Positions 9,099 through 18,114 are shown, numbered from the stretch's first letter. The stretch: 64,000 nucleotides of DNA from an uncultured bacterium (GCA_965662235.1 CBFIGY010000002.1:32001-96000), one strand, 5' to 3'. Made by a program: numbers and translations. The notes: a model not told the origin generated them from the letters alone.

Positions 9099-10859
9099 AT
9101 GCCCACGCTTCTTCCTGACTCCACCCTCTCGACCCTCGGACTGGACGCCTTTCTCCTCAGCACCGCCGATGAGCACCTCAACGAGTACACCCCGCTCCAC
9201 AACCGGCGTCTGGAAGCGGCCACAGGATTTTCCGGGTCTGCGGGCAGCGTGGTCTTTGTTCGTGAAGGAACCCCACAGCTATTTGTTGACTCACGCTACC
9301 ACGTCCAGGCGGATCAGCAGTGTGGCACCGGATTCCACATTCAGAAGCTGGGCAACGAAGGGGTCCCGGAGCCTCACGAATGGCTGGCTCAGCAGTCTGG
9401 CGCCTGGAAGATCGGGGTGGATCCCTTTCTGATGAGCCCCCGGGCCTGGAAGCGTTTGGAAACCGCCCTGGCGGGCTCCGAGCATCAGCTGGTTCCGGTC
9501 ACGCCCAACCCGGTGGACGCGCTCTGGACCGACCGACCGGCCCCGGCCAAGAGCCTCCCCTATGCCCTGCCCCTGGAGTGGACCGGCGTCGCGGCTGAAG
9601 CCAAGCTGGCACAGGTGCGTCGCGCCATGGAGCACCACCAGGCGGAGGCCCTGCTCCTGACAATGCTGGATGAAATTGCGTGGCTGCTGAACCTGCGGGG
9701 GGCCGATGTCACCCACACTCCGGTGTTTGAAGCCTACGTTGCCATTTTCCCGGACCAGGCGGTGTGCTTCTGTCACCACCCGGACAAGATGCCCTCGTGT
9801 CCAGAGTGGACGTTTCGCCCTTATGAGGAATACTTTCCCTTTCTGCAAACCCTGACCGACGTGCCCAAGGTATGGCTCGATCCTTCCGGAGTTACCGTGG
9901 GAACCCGTCAGGCGTTCCGGGAAGAACAGTTGCTGGAACGAGAGAGTCCCGTGGTGCTGCCTCGGGCGTTGAAGAACACCGCTGAGCTGTCGTGCATCCG
10001 GACGGCCCATCAACGGGCCGCCTGCGCCCTCATTCGCAGTTTCGCGTGGCTCGACCGCTCTCTGGCTGCCGGAGAAGCCCTGAGTGAAAAAGCCTTTGCC
10101 GACTACCTCTACGATCAGTATGCCCAAGAAGAAGGCTTTACGGACCTCAGCTTTGGAACCATTGCCGGAGCCGGAAGCAACGGCGCTATTGTCCACTACG
10201 GCACACCCAGCGCTCAGAAAGCCCTGGTTGCAGAAGAAATGCTGCTGGTGGATTCAGGAATTCAGTGCGCTGGTGGCACAACAGACTGCACCCGAACGGT
10301 CTCCCTTGGCACTCCTTCGGCATCACAGCGACACGCCTACACCCGGGTGTTGCAAGCACACCTCCGGCTCGGACACCAAGTCTTTCCCGAAGGCACCAAT
10401 GGCACACAGCTGGACGCAGTGGTCCGTTCCGGGCTCTGGAACGACGGCATGGACTTTGGGCACGGCACCGGACACGGCGTCGGCGCCTTCCTCGGGGTAC
10501 ATGAGGGGCCGCAACGCATCTCTCCGCAGTCTCATGAAGTCGCGTTTCAAGAGGGAATGGTGGTTTCCAACGAGCCCGGATTTTATCAATCTGGCTGGGG
10601 CGGCATCCGCATTGAGAACCTCTGTGCCGTCCAAGGCGTCCAGGCGCAGAACTTCCCGACGCACCCGGGAGGTCGGCGCTGGCTGAACTTTGAAACCCTG
10701 ACGCTGGTTCCGTATGACCTTCGTCTGATTGACCAAGACCTCCTCAGCGCCGAGGAGCAACGCTGGCTGGAAACCTACCATCAGCGGGTCTATCACGAAA
10801 TTCATCCGCTTCTTGAAGCTCGCGATCAGGACTGGCTCCGGAGCGCCTGTGGCCTCTGA
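9099..10859 (+). CDS. Xaa-Pro aminopeptidase (aminopeptidase P, M24B)
   Basis: DEHLNEY, TGFSGSAG, DSG..GGTTDCTRT, HGTGHGVG...VHEGP, SNEPGFY, GIRIEN. Confidence 0.93.
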   Translation: MPTLLPDSTLSTLGLDAFLLSTADEHLNEYTPLHNRRLEAATGFSGSAGSVVFVREGTPQLFVDSRYHVQADQQCGTGFHIQKLGNEGVPEPHEWLAQQSGAWKIGVDPFLMSPRAWKRLETALAGSEHQLVPVTPNPVDALWTDRPAPAKSLPYALPLEWTGVAAEAKLAQVRRAMEHHQAEALLLTMLDEIAWLLNLRGADVTHTPVFEAYVAIFPDQAVCFCHHPDKMPSCPEWTFRPYEEYFPFLQTLTDVPKVWLDPSGVTVGTRQAFREEQLLERESPVVLPRALKNTAELSCIRTAHQRAACALIRSFAWLDRSLAAGEALSEKAFADYLYDQYAQEEGFTDLSFGTIAGAGSNGAIVHYGTPSAQKALVAEEMLLVDSGIQCAGGTTDCTRTVSLGTPSASQRHAYTRVLQAHLRLGHQVFPEGTNGTQLDAVVRSGLWNDGMDFGHGTGHGVGAFLGVHEGPQRISPQSHEVAFQEGMVVSNEPGFYQSGWGGIRIENLCAVQGVQAQNFPTHPGGRRWLNFETLTLVPYDLRLIDQDLLSAEEQRWLETYHQRVYHEIHPLLEARDQDWLRSACGL

Positions 10860-11700
10860 TTGGACCTTTCCGGTACGCCTGCAGACACCGGCCAAGATCA
10901 ACCCGGTTCTGGACATTTTGGAGAAGCGCCCCGACGGCTTTCATGAGCTGTTCATGCACTTGGTTCCGGTGAGCTTCTACGACGAGCTGACCGTCACACC
11001 GGCGCCGGAATTCACCCTTGACGTGGAGGGCGCCGACTTCTCCGGCGCCGTTGAGGAGAACCTCGTCTTTCGAGCCGCCCGACTGTTTGAGGCCCACAGC
11101 GGGCAGGCCGTCCACTGGCACCTGCACCTGCGCAAGCGCATTCCATCCGGAGCCGGGCTCGGAGGTGGCAGCTCCGATGCCGCAGCAGCCCTGCGGGTCC
11201 TGAATCAGCTGCACGGCCAGGTGCTTCCGGACCCGGTGCTCCATGAACTCGCGTTGGAGTTGGGCGCCGATGTTCCGTTTTTCCTCAATCCACGTCCCTC
11301 CATTGCTACGGGGCGAGGGGAGCGACTCACGCCTTTGGAGCCCTATCCGGAAGCGGAGTTGCTGCTGATCACGCCTCCGTTTCCCATTGCCACCGGCCCT
11401 GCCTATCAGGCGTGTCAGCCGCTGCGGCAACCCCCGCCCCCGCCCCCCACGAGCCTTCTCGAGCTCGCACAAGGTCTGCGGAACCGCTTTGAGGTTTCCT
11501 TGCTGGACGCCTACCCTGCGCTTCAGCACCTAAAGGAGCAGTTGAAACAACATGGCGCAATTGGTGCATCCGTGAGCGGAAGTGGCTCCACTGTGTTTGG
11601 AGTCTTTCCAGACGGACCGACGCGAGACCAGGCCTGGCAGGTGCTCACCTCTCAGAACCTAGGACGCCTCCAGCGGTGTCGCATCCTGTCCTCAGGCTAA
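10849..11700 (+). CDS. ispE: 4-diphosphocytidyl-2-C-methyl-D-erythritol kinase
   Basis: PAKIN, RPDGFHEL, KRIPSGAGLGGGSSDAA, LGADVPFF, SGSGSTVFG; GTG start overlaps upstream gene. Confidence 0.95.
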   Translation: MASDWTFPVRLQTPAKINPVLDILEKRPDGFHELFMHLVPVSFYDELTVTPAPEFTLDVEGADFSGAVEENLVFRAARLFEAHSGQAVHWHLHLRKRIPSGAGLGGGSSDAAAALRVLNQLHGQVLPDPVLHELALELGADVPFFLNPRPSIATGRGERLTPLEPYPEAELLLITPPFPIATGPAYQACQPLRQPPPPPPTSLLELAQGLRNRFEVSLLDAYPALQHLKEQLKQHGAIGASVSGSGSTVFGVFPDGPTRDQAWQVLTSQNLGRLQRCRILSSG

Positions 11701-11716
11701 AACCACCAGCAAAAGG

Positions 11717-12424
11717 ATGAAGAGCGCCGTGTTGTTCCGAAAGTCGCTTGTTCCCGTTCTCTTGACCCTCCTGACCGTGTTTGTTGTCGGCTGTGGCGCT
11801 CCTGCCCGCATGAAGACCGCCCAGCAGTATGGCATCAAGGACAACAAGCCTCAGGTGTGGACACAAAGCAATCCTCAGATCCAGAAGTACGTCAAGCGCT
11901 ACAGCAAAAGCAGCCACGTCCGCATTTGCTTGGAGCGCGCCAACGACAACGATTACCTGCCTTACATTCACCGGGTGCTCTTCAAGTACCGTTTGCCTCC
12001 GGAACTGGCCCTGCTGCCCATTCTTGAATCCTGCTATGACACCAAGGCCGATTCGGGACACGCGCGGGGCATGTGGCAGTTCACCAAGGCCACGGCACAG
12101 GACTACGGACTCCGGGTGGGGTGGCTTTCGGATGACCGCCTGAACTGGCGCAAGTCGACCCACTCTGCCGCCAAGTACCTCAGCGTGCTGGGGAAGCGCT
12201 TCAACCACAACTGGGAGCTTGCGCTTGCGGCCTACAACGGAGGCCCCAACTACCTCGACCGGCAGATGAAGAAACAGAAGACTTGGAACTTTTGGGAGCT
12301 GGAGCTTCGTGAGGAGACCGCCCAGTACGTTCCCAAATTCATCGCGATGCTACAGGTGGCCCGGAAGTACTACCCAGAGTTGTACTACGAAGGAGGCCCC
12401 CGGTTCTGGAAAAATGCCAGCTAG
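11717..12424 (+). CDS. Lytic transglycosylase (MltD-like SLT domain) lipoprotein
   Basis: Lipobox-like VVGC; LPILES, ARGMWQF, ALAAYNGG, ETAQYVPKF. Confidence 0.9.
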   Translation: MKSAVLFRKSLVPVLLTLLTVFVVGCGAPARMKTAQQYGIKDNKPQVWTQSNPQIQKYVKRYSKSSHVRICLERANDNDYLPYIHRVLFKYRLPPELALLPILESCYDTKADSGHARGMWQFTKATAQDYGLRVGWLSDDRLNWRKSTHSAAKYLSVLGKRFNHNWELALAAYNGGPNYLDRQMKKQKTWNFWELELREETAQYVPKFIAMLQVARKYYPELYYEGGPRFWKNAS

Positions 12425-12444
12425 GTCCGAGGCGGAAACATGGC

Positions 12445-12473
12445 TTGATTCTGGGGACCTCTGCTGATAGTTT
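12445..12473 (+). promoter_or_regulatory. Putative sigma70 promoter of fliL operon
   Basis: TTGATT-17 nt-TAGTTT with TGn extension. Confidence 0.5.
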
Positions 12474-12571
12474 CAGCGGTTGTTCCCAGATCCTAATGGA
12501 GGCCTCCCTGCTCAGGAAACGCAGGAGCCCTCTGGAACTTCAAAACTGATTTAATTGACGAAGGAGATCGC

Positions 12572-13078
12572 ATGGCGGAAGAAGAAGGCGGCGGCGGCGG
12601 CGGCGGCGGTGGTAAGAAGAAGCTGATCATCATCATCGTTGCCGTTGTCCTGCTTCTGGTCATTGCCATCGTGGCGTTCCTCCTCCTATCGGGTGGAGAC
12701 GAGGAGGCCGCATTACCTGAGGAAGAAAAACCTGTGGCGGTAGAGGCCGAGCCTCTGGCCGCGCCGATCTTCCTATCGTTAGACAGCTTTGTGGTCAACC
12801 TCAAAGATGGACGTCGGTACCTCAAGACCACAATGCAATTGATGCTGAGTGACCCCGCAGCCAGCGCCTACCTGACCGCGCGTCTGGTCGAAGTGAAGGA
12901 CGTTGTCCTGACCGAGCTTCAGGAGCTTTCTGCGGAAGACGTGAGCCAGGCTTCAGCCCGTGAAGCGCTGAAACAACGCCTGATTACCTCAATCAGCAAA
13001 CTCTTCCCTCCCAAACCGGAATGGGAGGATCCGGAACCCATCAAAAAGGTTCTGTTTGAGGAGTTCGTCCTCCAGTGA
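12572..13078 (+). CDS. fliL: Flagellar basal body protein FliL
   Basis: KKKLIIII TM segment, FVVNL, RYLK, KKVLFEEFVLQ; AAGGAG RBS. Confidence 0.9.
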   Translation: MAEEEGGGGGGGGGKKKLIIIIVAVVLLLVIAIVAFLLLSGGDEEAALPEEEKPVAVEAEPLAAPIFLSLDSFVVNLKDGRRYLKTTMQLMLSDPAASAYLTARLVEVKDVVLTELQELSAEDVSQASAREALKQRLITSISKLFPPKPEWEDPEPIKKVLFEEFVLQ

Positions 13079-13106
13079 CGTTCGGGGCTGACACTACGGG
13101 GGTCGC

Positions 13107-13562
13107 ATGGCGAATGCAATTGCGCTTCGTTTAAGAAGCCACTATCGTGGGCTCGGGCTCGCTGTCCTCCTGCTGCTGAGCAGCGGGAGCAGCTGGGGCC
13201 AGGCGCCGCCCTCTGCATTGCGGGAAGGGCCTCCTCCCATCGAAAAGCCCCTCTACACGGACTTGGGGACGTTCATCGTCAACATGCCGGGAGACAAGTA
13301 CTTTCTCAAGGGGAGCATTCAGATCGTCTTTGCGGAATCCGCTCCCAAATCGTGGCTGGATGCTCGGTTGCCGATTGTGAAGGACATGGTCATCAGCCAC
13401 CTCCAGTCCATTACCGTGGACCAGTTTGATGACCTGAAGAACCGGAATCGCCTCCGGATCAGCCTCCAGAATCGCATCAACTCCCTCTTTCCCAACAACC
13501 CTGGGTGGGAAGACACACAGCCGGTCCGGAAAGTACTGTTCCTTGAACTCTACAGACAGTGA
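13107..13562 (+). CDS. fliL: Second FliL-family paralogue
   Basis: FIVNM..KYFLK, PIVKDMVI, RKVLFLELYRQ; signal-peptide-like N-terminus. Confidence 0.8.
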   Translation: MANAIALRLRSHYRGLGLAVLLLLSSGSSWGQAPPSALREGPPPIEKPLYTDLGTFIVNMPGDKYFLKGSIQIVFAESAPKSWLDARLPIVKDMVISHLQSITVDQFDDLKNRNRLRISLQNRINSLFPNNPGWEDTQPVRKVLFLELYRQ

Positions 13563-13592
13563 ACCCGATCCTACTTGCTTGGCAGTATTCTC

Positions 13593-14018
13593 ATGGCAGA
13601 AGAAGAAAATTTAGAAAATCTGGATGATCTGGACTGGTCCGATGTCGAGAACGAGCTCAAGGCCAATCGCGAGCAAATCCTCTCTCAGGCAGAAGATGAC
13701 GACGAAGAAGGCGATGCGCCCTCTTCCGGAGCCGCCGCTTCTCCGTCCTCCTTCAGCGGTGACGTGGACATTGACTTCCTCTTGGACGTCATGCTGGACA
13801 TCACCGTGGAGGTGGGCCGGACACAGATGGTCATTGACGACCTGCTGAAGCTGGACCAGGCGTCCATCATCGAGCTACAAAGCTCCGTTGGTCAGCCCCT
13901 CGACATCCGGGTGAACGGAAAGCTGGTGGCACGCGGTGAAATTGCCGTGGTGAACGAAAAATTTGCGGTCCGGATCACGGATGTGGTGAGTCCCGACGAT
14001 CGCTTTGCCGCCCTCTAA
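13593..14018 (+). CDS. fliN: Flagellar motor switch protein FliN
   Basis: IDFLLDVMLDITVEVGR...PLDIRVNGKLVARGEIAVVNEKFAVRIT. Confidence 0.95.
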   Translation: MAEEENLENLDDLDWSDVENELKANREQILSQAEDDDEEGDAPSSGAAASPSSFSGDVDIDFLLDVMLDITVEVGRTQMVIDDLLKLDQASIIELQSSVGQPLDIRVNGKLVARGEIAVVNEKFAVRITDVVSPDDRFAAL

Positions 14019-14028
14019 ACGGACCTCA

Positions 14029-15180
14029 ATGAAGCGCTTCCTCCTGCTTGTCTTCTTGGTGAGTTGGTTGCCCGGTTTGCTGGTGGCCAACACCCTCACC
14101 CGTATGGAGTTGCGCTCAGACACCCTTCAGGATCAGCTCATCCTTGAGTTTTCCAATGAGGTGGTTGAGGACCCCATCATCAATTTTGATCTTTCCAACC
14201 TGTCGTTGCGTTTTGCACAGACGGATGTGGCGGAAGGGGTTCCGGACATGACGCGTCCGGAGCAGCACCCGCTGATTCGAGCCATCCGCATCTCGCCCTC
14301 CAACGACAGCACGTTGGTCGACCTCATCCTCCGGTCCTCGGCCTCAAATCTGCCGACGCCTGAAATCACCATTGCTTCTAAAAGCCTCACGCTGCTGCTG
14401 AAGCGCCCTCCCCTTGCTCCGGCGGAGCCCACTCCCGAAGTGGAGGGACTGACACAGGCGTTGGATGAACGCATCCGCTCCGGAGACCCCTTTCTCACCA
14501 CCTTTACGCGCGAAGACGGCTCTGTGGTCAACAACGCGCCCGAGGTGATGGCGGAGGACAACTGGACCTCGACCCTGCTGATGATGGTCCTGGCCCTGCT
14601 GTTCATCCTCTTCCTGATCTACCTGCTGGCGTGGTCCTACAACAAGTTCCTTTCGACCCGCTTCCGGTCGCCTCAGAACCGAGTCCAGATCAAGGTCGCG
14701 TCCACCTACCATCTCGCGCCCAAGCAAAAGGTTGTGGTGCTCGACATGAACGGGCAGCTCTTTGCGTGTGGCATCACCCCGACCTCCATCAACCTGATCT
14801 CGGTGCTGCAGGACGAGAACGATCAGTCGTTCCTGAAGCCTGCTCCGGAGAAAGCAGAACCGCCCAGCCTAGAACAGTCGAAGGCGGAGTTCCTGAAAGC
14901 CCTAGAGGCCGCTCGCAAGCACACTCAGGCCCTGGCCTCTGAAGAAGGAGCCACCGCTCCGTCAACGGCTCCAGCGGCGCCGTCCACCAGCGCGCCGGCC
15001 GCTCAGGAGCCGCCTGCAGCTCGTCCTGCAGAGCCACCTAAGGCCAGTTCTCCGTATCAAACACCGGTCCAGCCTCCCGTTCAGGAAGCCGTGCTTGCCA
15101 CTGCCGAGGAAGCCCCCCCCAAGAACGATGCTGCCGAAAAGTTCCTGGACCGCTTCCGTACGCTCAAACCGATCCGCTAG
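14029..15180 (+). CDS. fliO: FliO with N-terminal periplasmic AMIN-like domain
   Basis: Signal peptide, beta domain, TM, then LAPKQKVVVLDMNG...GITPTSINLI FliO core; lies between fliN and fliP. Confidence 0.8.
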   Translation: MKRFLLLVFLVSWLPGLLVANTLTRMELRSDTLQDQLILEFSNEVVEDPIINFDLSNLSLRFAQTDVAEGVPDMTRPEQHPLIRAIRISPSNDSTLVDLILRSSASNLPTPEITIASKSLTLLLKRPPLAPAEPTPEVEGLTQALDERIRSGDPFLTTFTREDGSVVNNAPEVMAEDNWTSTLLMMVLALLFILFLIYLLAWSYNKFLSTRFRSPQNRVQIKVASTYHLAPKQKVVVLDMNGQLFACGITPTSINLISVLQDENDQSFLKPAPEKAEPPSLEQSKAEFLKALEAARKHTQALASEEGATAPSTAPAAPSTSAPAAQEPPAARPAEPPKASSPYQTPVQPPVQEAVLATAEEAPPKNDAAEKFLDRFRTLKPIR

Positions 15181-15183
15181 ACT

Positions 15184-15954
15184 GTGAAGCTCTCCATTCT
15201 TGCCCCCTCGGGTCTGAAACGAGGCCTGCTCCTTGGCATGCTTCTGGGCATGGCGAGTTGGGCGTGGGCGCAGTCGCCCATTCCAGGCATCAACATTACG
15301 GTTGATCAAGCGGACACGCCTCAGCAAGTGGCCACTTCCCTCCAGATCGTCTTCCTTTTGACGATTCTGACGCTGGCGCCCGCCTTGCTGATCATGACCA
15401 CCTCCTTCACCCGCTTCGCGATCGTCCTGTCGCTGCTCCGGCAAGCGATTGGAACGCCTCAGGTCCCGTCCAACCAGATCATCATTGGGATGTCCCTGTT
15501 CCTCACGCTGTTTGTGATGATGCCGGTGTATGAAGAGGTCAACCGCGACGCGCTGCAGCCGTACCTGAACGACCAGATTGCTCAACAGGAGTTTCTGGAC
15601 AAGGCCGTTGCGCCGATCAAGCGGTACATGCAGAAGTACACCCGGGAGAAGGACCTGGCGTTGTTTGTCCGGATCGCCCGTTTGGAACGTCCCCGTACCA
15701 TTGATGACGTCCCCGTCTGGGTCGTCATCCCTGCTTTCATGATCAGCGAGCTGAAGACGGCCTTTCAGATTGGCTTTCTCCTCTATGTGCCGTTTCTCGT
15801 GATCGACATGGTCGTCTCTGCGGTCCTCATGGCCATGGGGATGATGATGATGCCGCCCATCATGATCTCTCTTCCATTCAAGCTCATGCTGTTTGTTTTA
15901 GTGGACGGGTGGCACTTGATTGTCGGGTCCCTTGTCCGCAGCATTGCCGGGTAG
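15184..15954 (+). CDS. fliP: Flagellar export gate protein FliP
   Basis: TSFTRFAIVL, PAFMISELKTAFQIGF, PFKLMLFVLVDGW. Confidence 0.97.
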   Translation: MKLSILAPSGLKRGLLLGMLLGMASWAWAQSPIPGINITVDQADTPQQVATSLQIVFLLTILTLAPALLIMTTSFTRFAIVLSLLRQAIGTPQVPSNQIIIGMSLFLTLFVMMPVYEEVNRDALQPYLNDQIAQQEFLDKAVAPIKRYMQKYTREKDLALFVRIARLERPRTIDDVPVWVVIPAFMISELKTAFQIGFLLYVPFLVIDMVVSAVLMAMGMMMMPPIMISLPFKLMLFVLVDGWHLIVGSLVRSIAG

Positions 15955-15957
15955 CTT

Positions 15958-16230
15958 ATGACTGAAGCCTTTGTCACCTCCATGATGCTGGAGGCCATCC
16001 GGATGACCACGCTCCTGTCGGCGCCGTTGCTGCTGTCAGCGCTCTTTGTCGGCCTCCTCATCTCCATCTTCCAGGCCGTGACCCAGATTCAGGAGCAGAC
16101 GCTGGCCATCATTCCCAAGATGGCCGCCATCCTAGGGGTGCTGGCAGCGCTGTTTCCATGGATGCTGGCGCAGGCCTCGGCTTACATGGGAGCCGTGTTC
16201 ACAAACTTTCCGAATTACCTAGGGGGATAG
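15958..16230 (+). CDS. fliQ: Flagellar export protein FliQ
   Basis: GLLISIFQAVTQIQEQTL..IPK. Confidence 0.96.
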   Translation: MTEAFVTSMMLEAIRMTTLLSAPLLLSALFVGLLISIFQAVTQIQEQTLAIIPKMAAILGVLAALFPWMLAQASAYMGAVFTNFPNYLGG

Positions 16231-16380
16231 CGGAAGCGTTCCGCTGGAGTCGGGGAGTGGGGACTAAAGAGGGAGGTGCCTCGCCTGGAAAAGACAGGGG
16301 GGGAACTTTCCAGGCGAGGCGACGTGCCGCTTGAGGTCAGAGGAACAGGGAAGGTTCCCTCTGGTCAGTCGGCACGTGTC
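16229..16380. ncRNA. Candidate structured RNA of three hairpins between convergent fliQ and SutA-like gene
   Basis: Stems at 16229-16245, 16278-16320 (14 bp perfect) and 16322-16377; loops are C-rich on the minus strand and GGA-rich on the plus strand. Confidence 0.4.
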
Positions 16381-16388
16381 CGGACGGC

Positions 16389-16583
16389 TCAGGCTTGATC
16401 TGCCAAGCTGGCAAAACCTTTCAACTCTTCCGTGTCCTCATAGTCGCTGAGCAGCATGTCTTCGTAGCTTTCAAAGACCATGTTGGACGTTGGGGCTTCG
16501 ATCTTGTTGATCGTCCCCCCTTTCTCAAAGAAACGGGCCATTGCGTCGTTGATGTCATCCCGAGTGATGCGTCCGTTTTCCAT
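16389..16583 (-). CDS. Small SutA-like putative RNA polymerase-binding protein
   Basis: Strong AGGAGGTG RBS; RDDINDAMARFFEKGGTINKIE resembles the SutA RNAP-binding core; acidic tail. Confidence 0.6.
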   Translation of the reverse strand: MENGRITRDDINDAMARFFEKGGTINKIEAPTSNMVFESYEDMLLSDYEDTEELKGFASLADQA

Positions 16584-16596
16584 TTCACCTCCTGAT

Positions 16597-17280
16597 TTAT
16601 TTAGTCGCTTTGGGGGCCTGAGGCGCAGCCGGCTTTTCTGCAGCCGGTGCCTGAGGGGCACGCTTGGCAGCTTCGGTCGGCGCTGCGGCAGCAGCAGGCT
16701 TGGCGGGAGTCTTGGCAGCCGCTTTGGGAGCCGCCGTTTTCTTCACTGGGGCAGCTTCTTTCTTCACCGGGGCTGCTTTTGCCGGAGGAGCCTTGGGGGC
16801 AGCGGCTGGAGCCGAAGCAGCCACCTTGCCAGACGCTTGATTGAAGCCCGCCTGGAACTTTTCCAGTTGCTCCATCATGCCTTTCTGAACCGTCGCCACC
16901 ATTTGTTTTTCCAGCTGCAGCGTGTGCGTCACCCCTTGATCCATCTGGTGCACCAGGGTTTCCTGCAGCTTGAGGCCTTGCTCCGCCATCCGAGAGACAC
17001 TCTCTTCCATCGCCTGCTCCATGGAAGCCATCTGGGGCATCGCCTTGAGTCCCATCTGGGACATCCACGTGGAAGCCGCGTTGCGGAGCTGGTCCTGCTG
17101 CTTACTCCACTGCTGGCTCACCTGAGCCTGCATCTGCATCACTTGGTCCCGCATCTGCTCATAGCTGTTCTGCCGAAATTCCACGGCCTGCATGTACTGA
17201 TTCACCGCTTGACTCAGCCAAGCCTGCTGCGTCTGCAATCCGGATTCAATGTTCTTTTGGGTCATTTCCTGATAGTTCAT
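16597..17280 (-). CDS. Phasin/PhaF-like granule-associated protein with Ala/Lys/Pro-rich tail
   Basis: Q/M-rich amphipathic helical region, then AAPK/AAPVKK histone-H1-like tail; AAGGAG RBS. Confidence 0.55.
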   Translation of the reverse strand: MNYQEMTQKNIESGLQTQQAWLSQAVNQYMQAVEFRQNSYEQMRDQVMQMQAQVSQQWSKQQDQLRNAASTWMSQMGLKAMPQMASMEQAMEESVSRMAEQGLKLQETLVHQMDQGVTHTLQLEKQMVATVQKGMMEQLEKFQAGFNQASGKVAASAPAAAPKAPPAKAAPVKKEAAPVKKTAAPKAAAKTPAKPAAAAAPTEAAKRAPQAPAAEKPAAPQAPKATK

Positions 17281-17350
17281 TCTGCTCCTTTTGGGTGCAA
17301 GTCATCTGTTACGGGAGAGAATGCGTCAGCGCCCTATAATACACAAGCAC

Positions 17351-17374
17351 TTTTTTGTGCACCTGCACAAAAAA
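17351..17374. promoter_or_regulatory. Palindromic operator (PhaR-type TGC-N4-GCA core) upstream of phasin-like gene
   Basis: TTTTTTGTGC-ACCT-GCACAAAAAA perfect inverted repeat in AT-rich DNA just upstream of a TGnTATTAT -10 on the minus strand. Confidence 0.55.
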
Positions 17375-17424
17375 ATAATTAAGTATTTGTTTTTATTGAT
17401 TAAAAATTTAACGCAGGCGCTCAG

Positions 17425-18093
17425 TTACTCTTCAACAACGAGCTCAAAGCCTAAGAGGGAGGCGATCAGAAGGAGGGCGTCGTTTCCCAGTAGCAGCTTC
17501 CACCAAGAACCGACTTCGGCAGCATACTCCCCAAAGAACAGGAAGCTGCTCAGGTGCACTAGGCTGAGCACCGAAGGAACCATCAACGGAAAGAGCAGGA
17601 TCGGCAGCAAAACCTCTCGGCCCCGGAGGGCAGCGGTCATCGCTGTCAAGACGGTGCCCAGGGCGCTGAAGCCCAAACCACCAGCCAGCAGAAGCAGGAG
17701 CAGGTGTCCGACCGAACTCAAGGGCACTGAAAAGAAGAACAGGCTCAGGCCAACAAAAATCGCCTGGGCCACGACCAGAAACACCAGGTTGGCGAGGGTC
17801 TTGCCCAAGAAGAGGACGCTGCGGTCCACTGGCGAAAGGAGCAGCTCGCTGATGCACCCGGTCTCCATCTCCTGCACAAACGACTTCCCCAGCGCCAAGG
17901 TTCCGCTCATCAGAAACACCACCCACAGCAGGCCCGGAAGGATCCGCTGAAACGACTGAGGCGGGTCACCTGCAGCAAAATTGAAGATGAGGAGGGTGAG
18001 GAGGGAGAACAGCAGGAGCGATACCAGATTCTCCTTGCGCCGAAGGTCGATCAGCACATCCTTCCAAATGAGGATGGCAAGAAAACGGAACAT
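17425..18093 (-). CDS. ccmB: Heme exporter protein CcmB
   Basis: WKDVLIDLR, GLLWV, EMETG, FLGK, LLPILLFPL; six TM segments. Confidence 0.9.
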   Translation of the reverse strand: MFRFLAILIWKDVLIDLRRKENLVSLLLFSLLTLLIFNFAAGDPPQSFQRILPGLLWVVFLMSGTLALGKSFVQEMETGCISELLLSPVDRSVLFLGKTLANLVFLVVAQAIFVGLSLFFFSVPLSSVGHLLLLLLAGGLGFSALGTVLTAMTAALRGREVLLPILLFPLMVPSVLSLVHLSSFLFFGEYAAEVGSWWKLLLGNDALLLIASLLGFELVVEE

Positions 18094-18114
18094 GCAGATC
18101 GACCTTGGCTCAGA

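Noticed and set aside
1..10000. Visually frequent CCTAG/CTAGG sites
   Set aside because: A rough count shows CTAG below random expectation; the context bias needs computation before any claim.
12587..12613. (GGC)7 repeat in fliL as a phase-variation tract
   Set aside because: An in-frame triplet repeat encoding a Gly linker; slippage would not switch expression.
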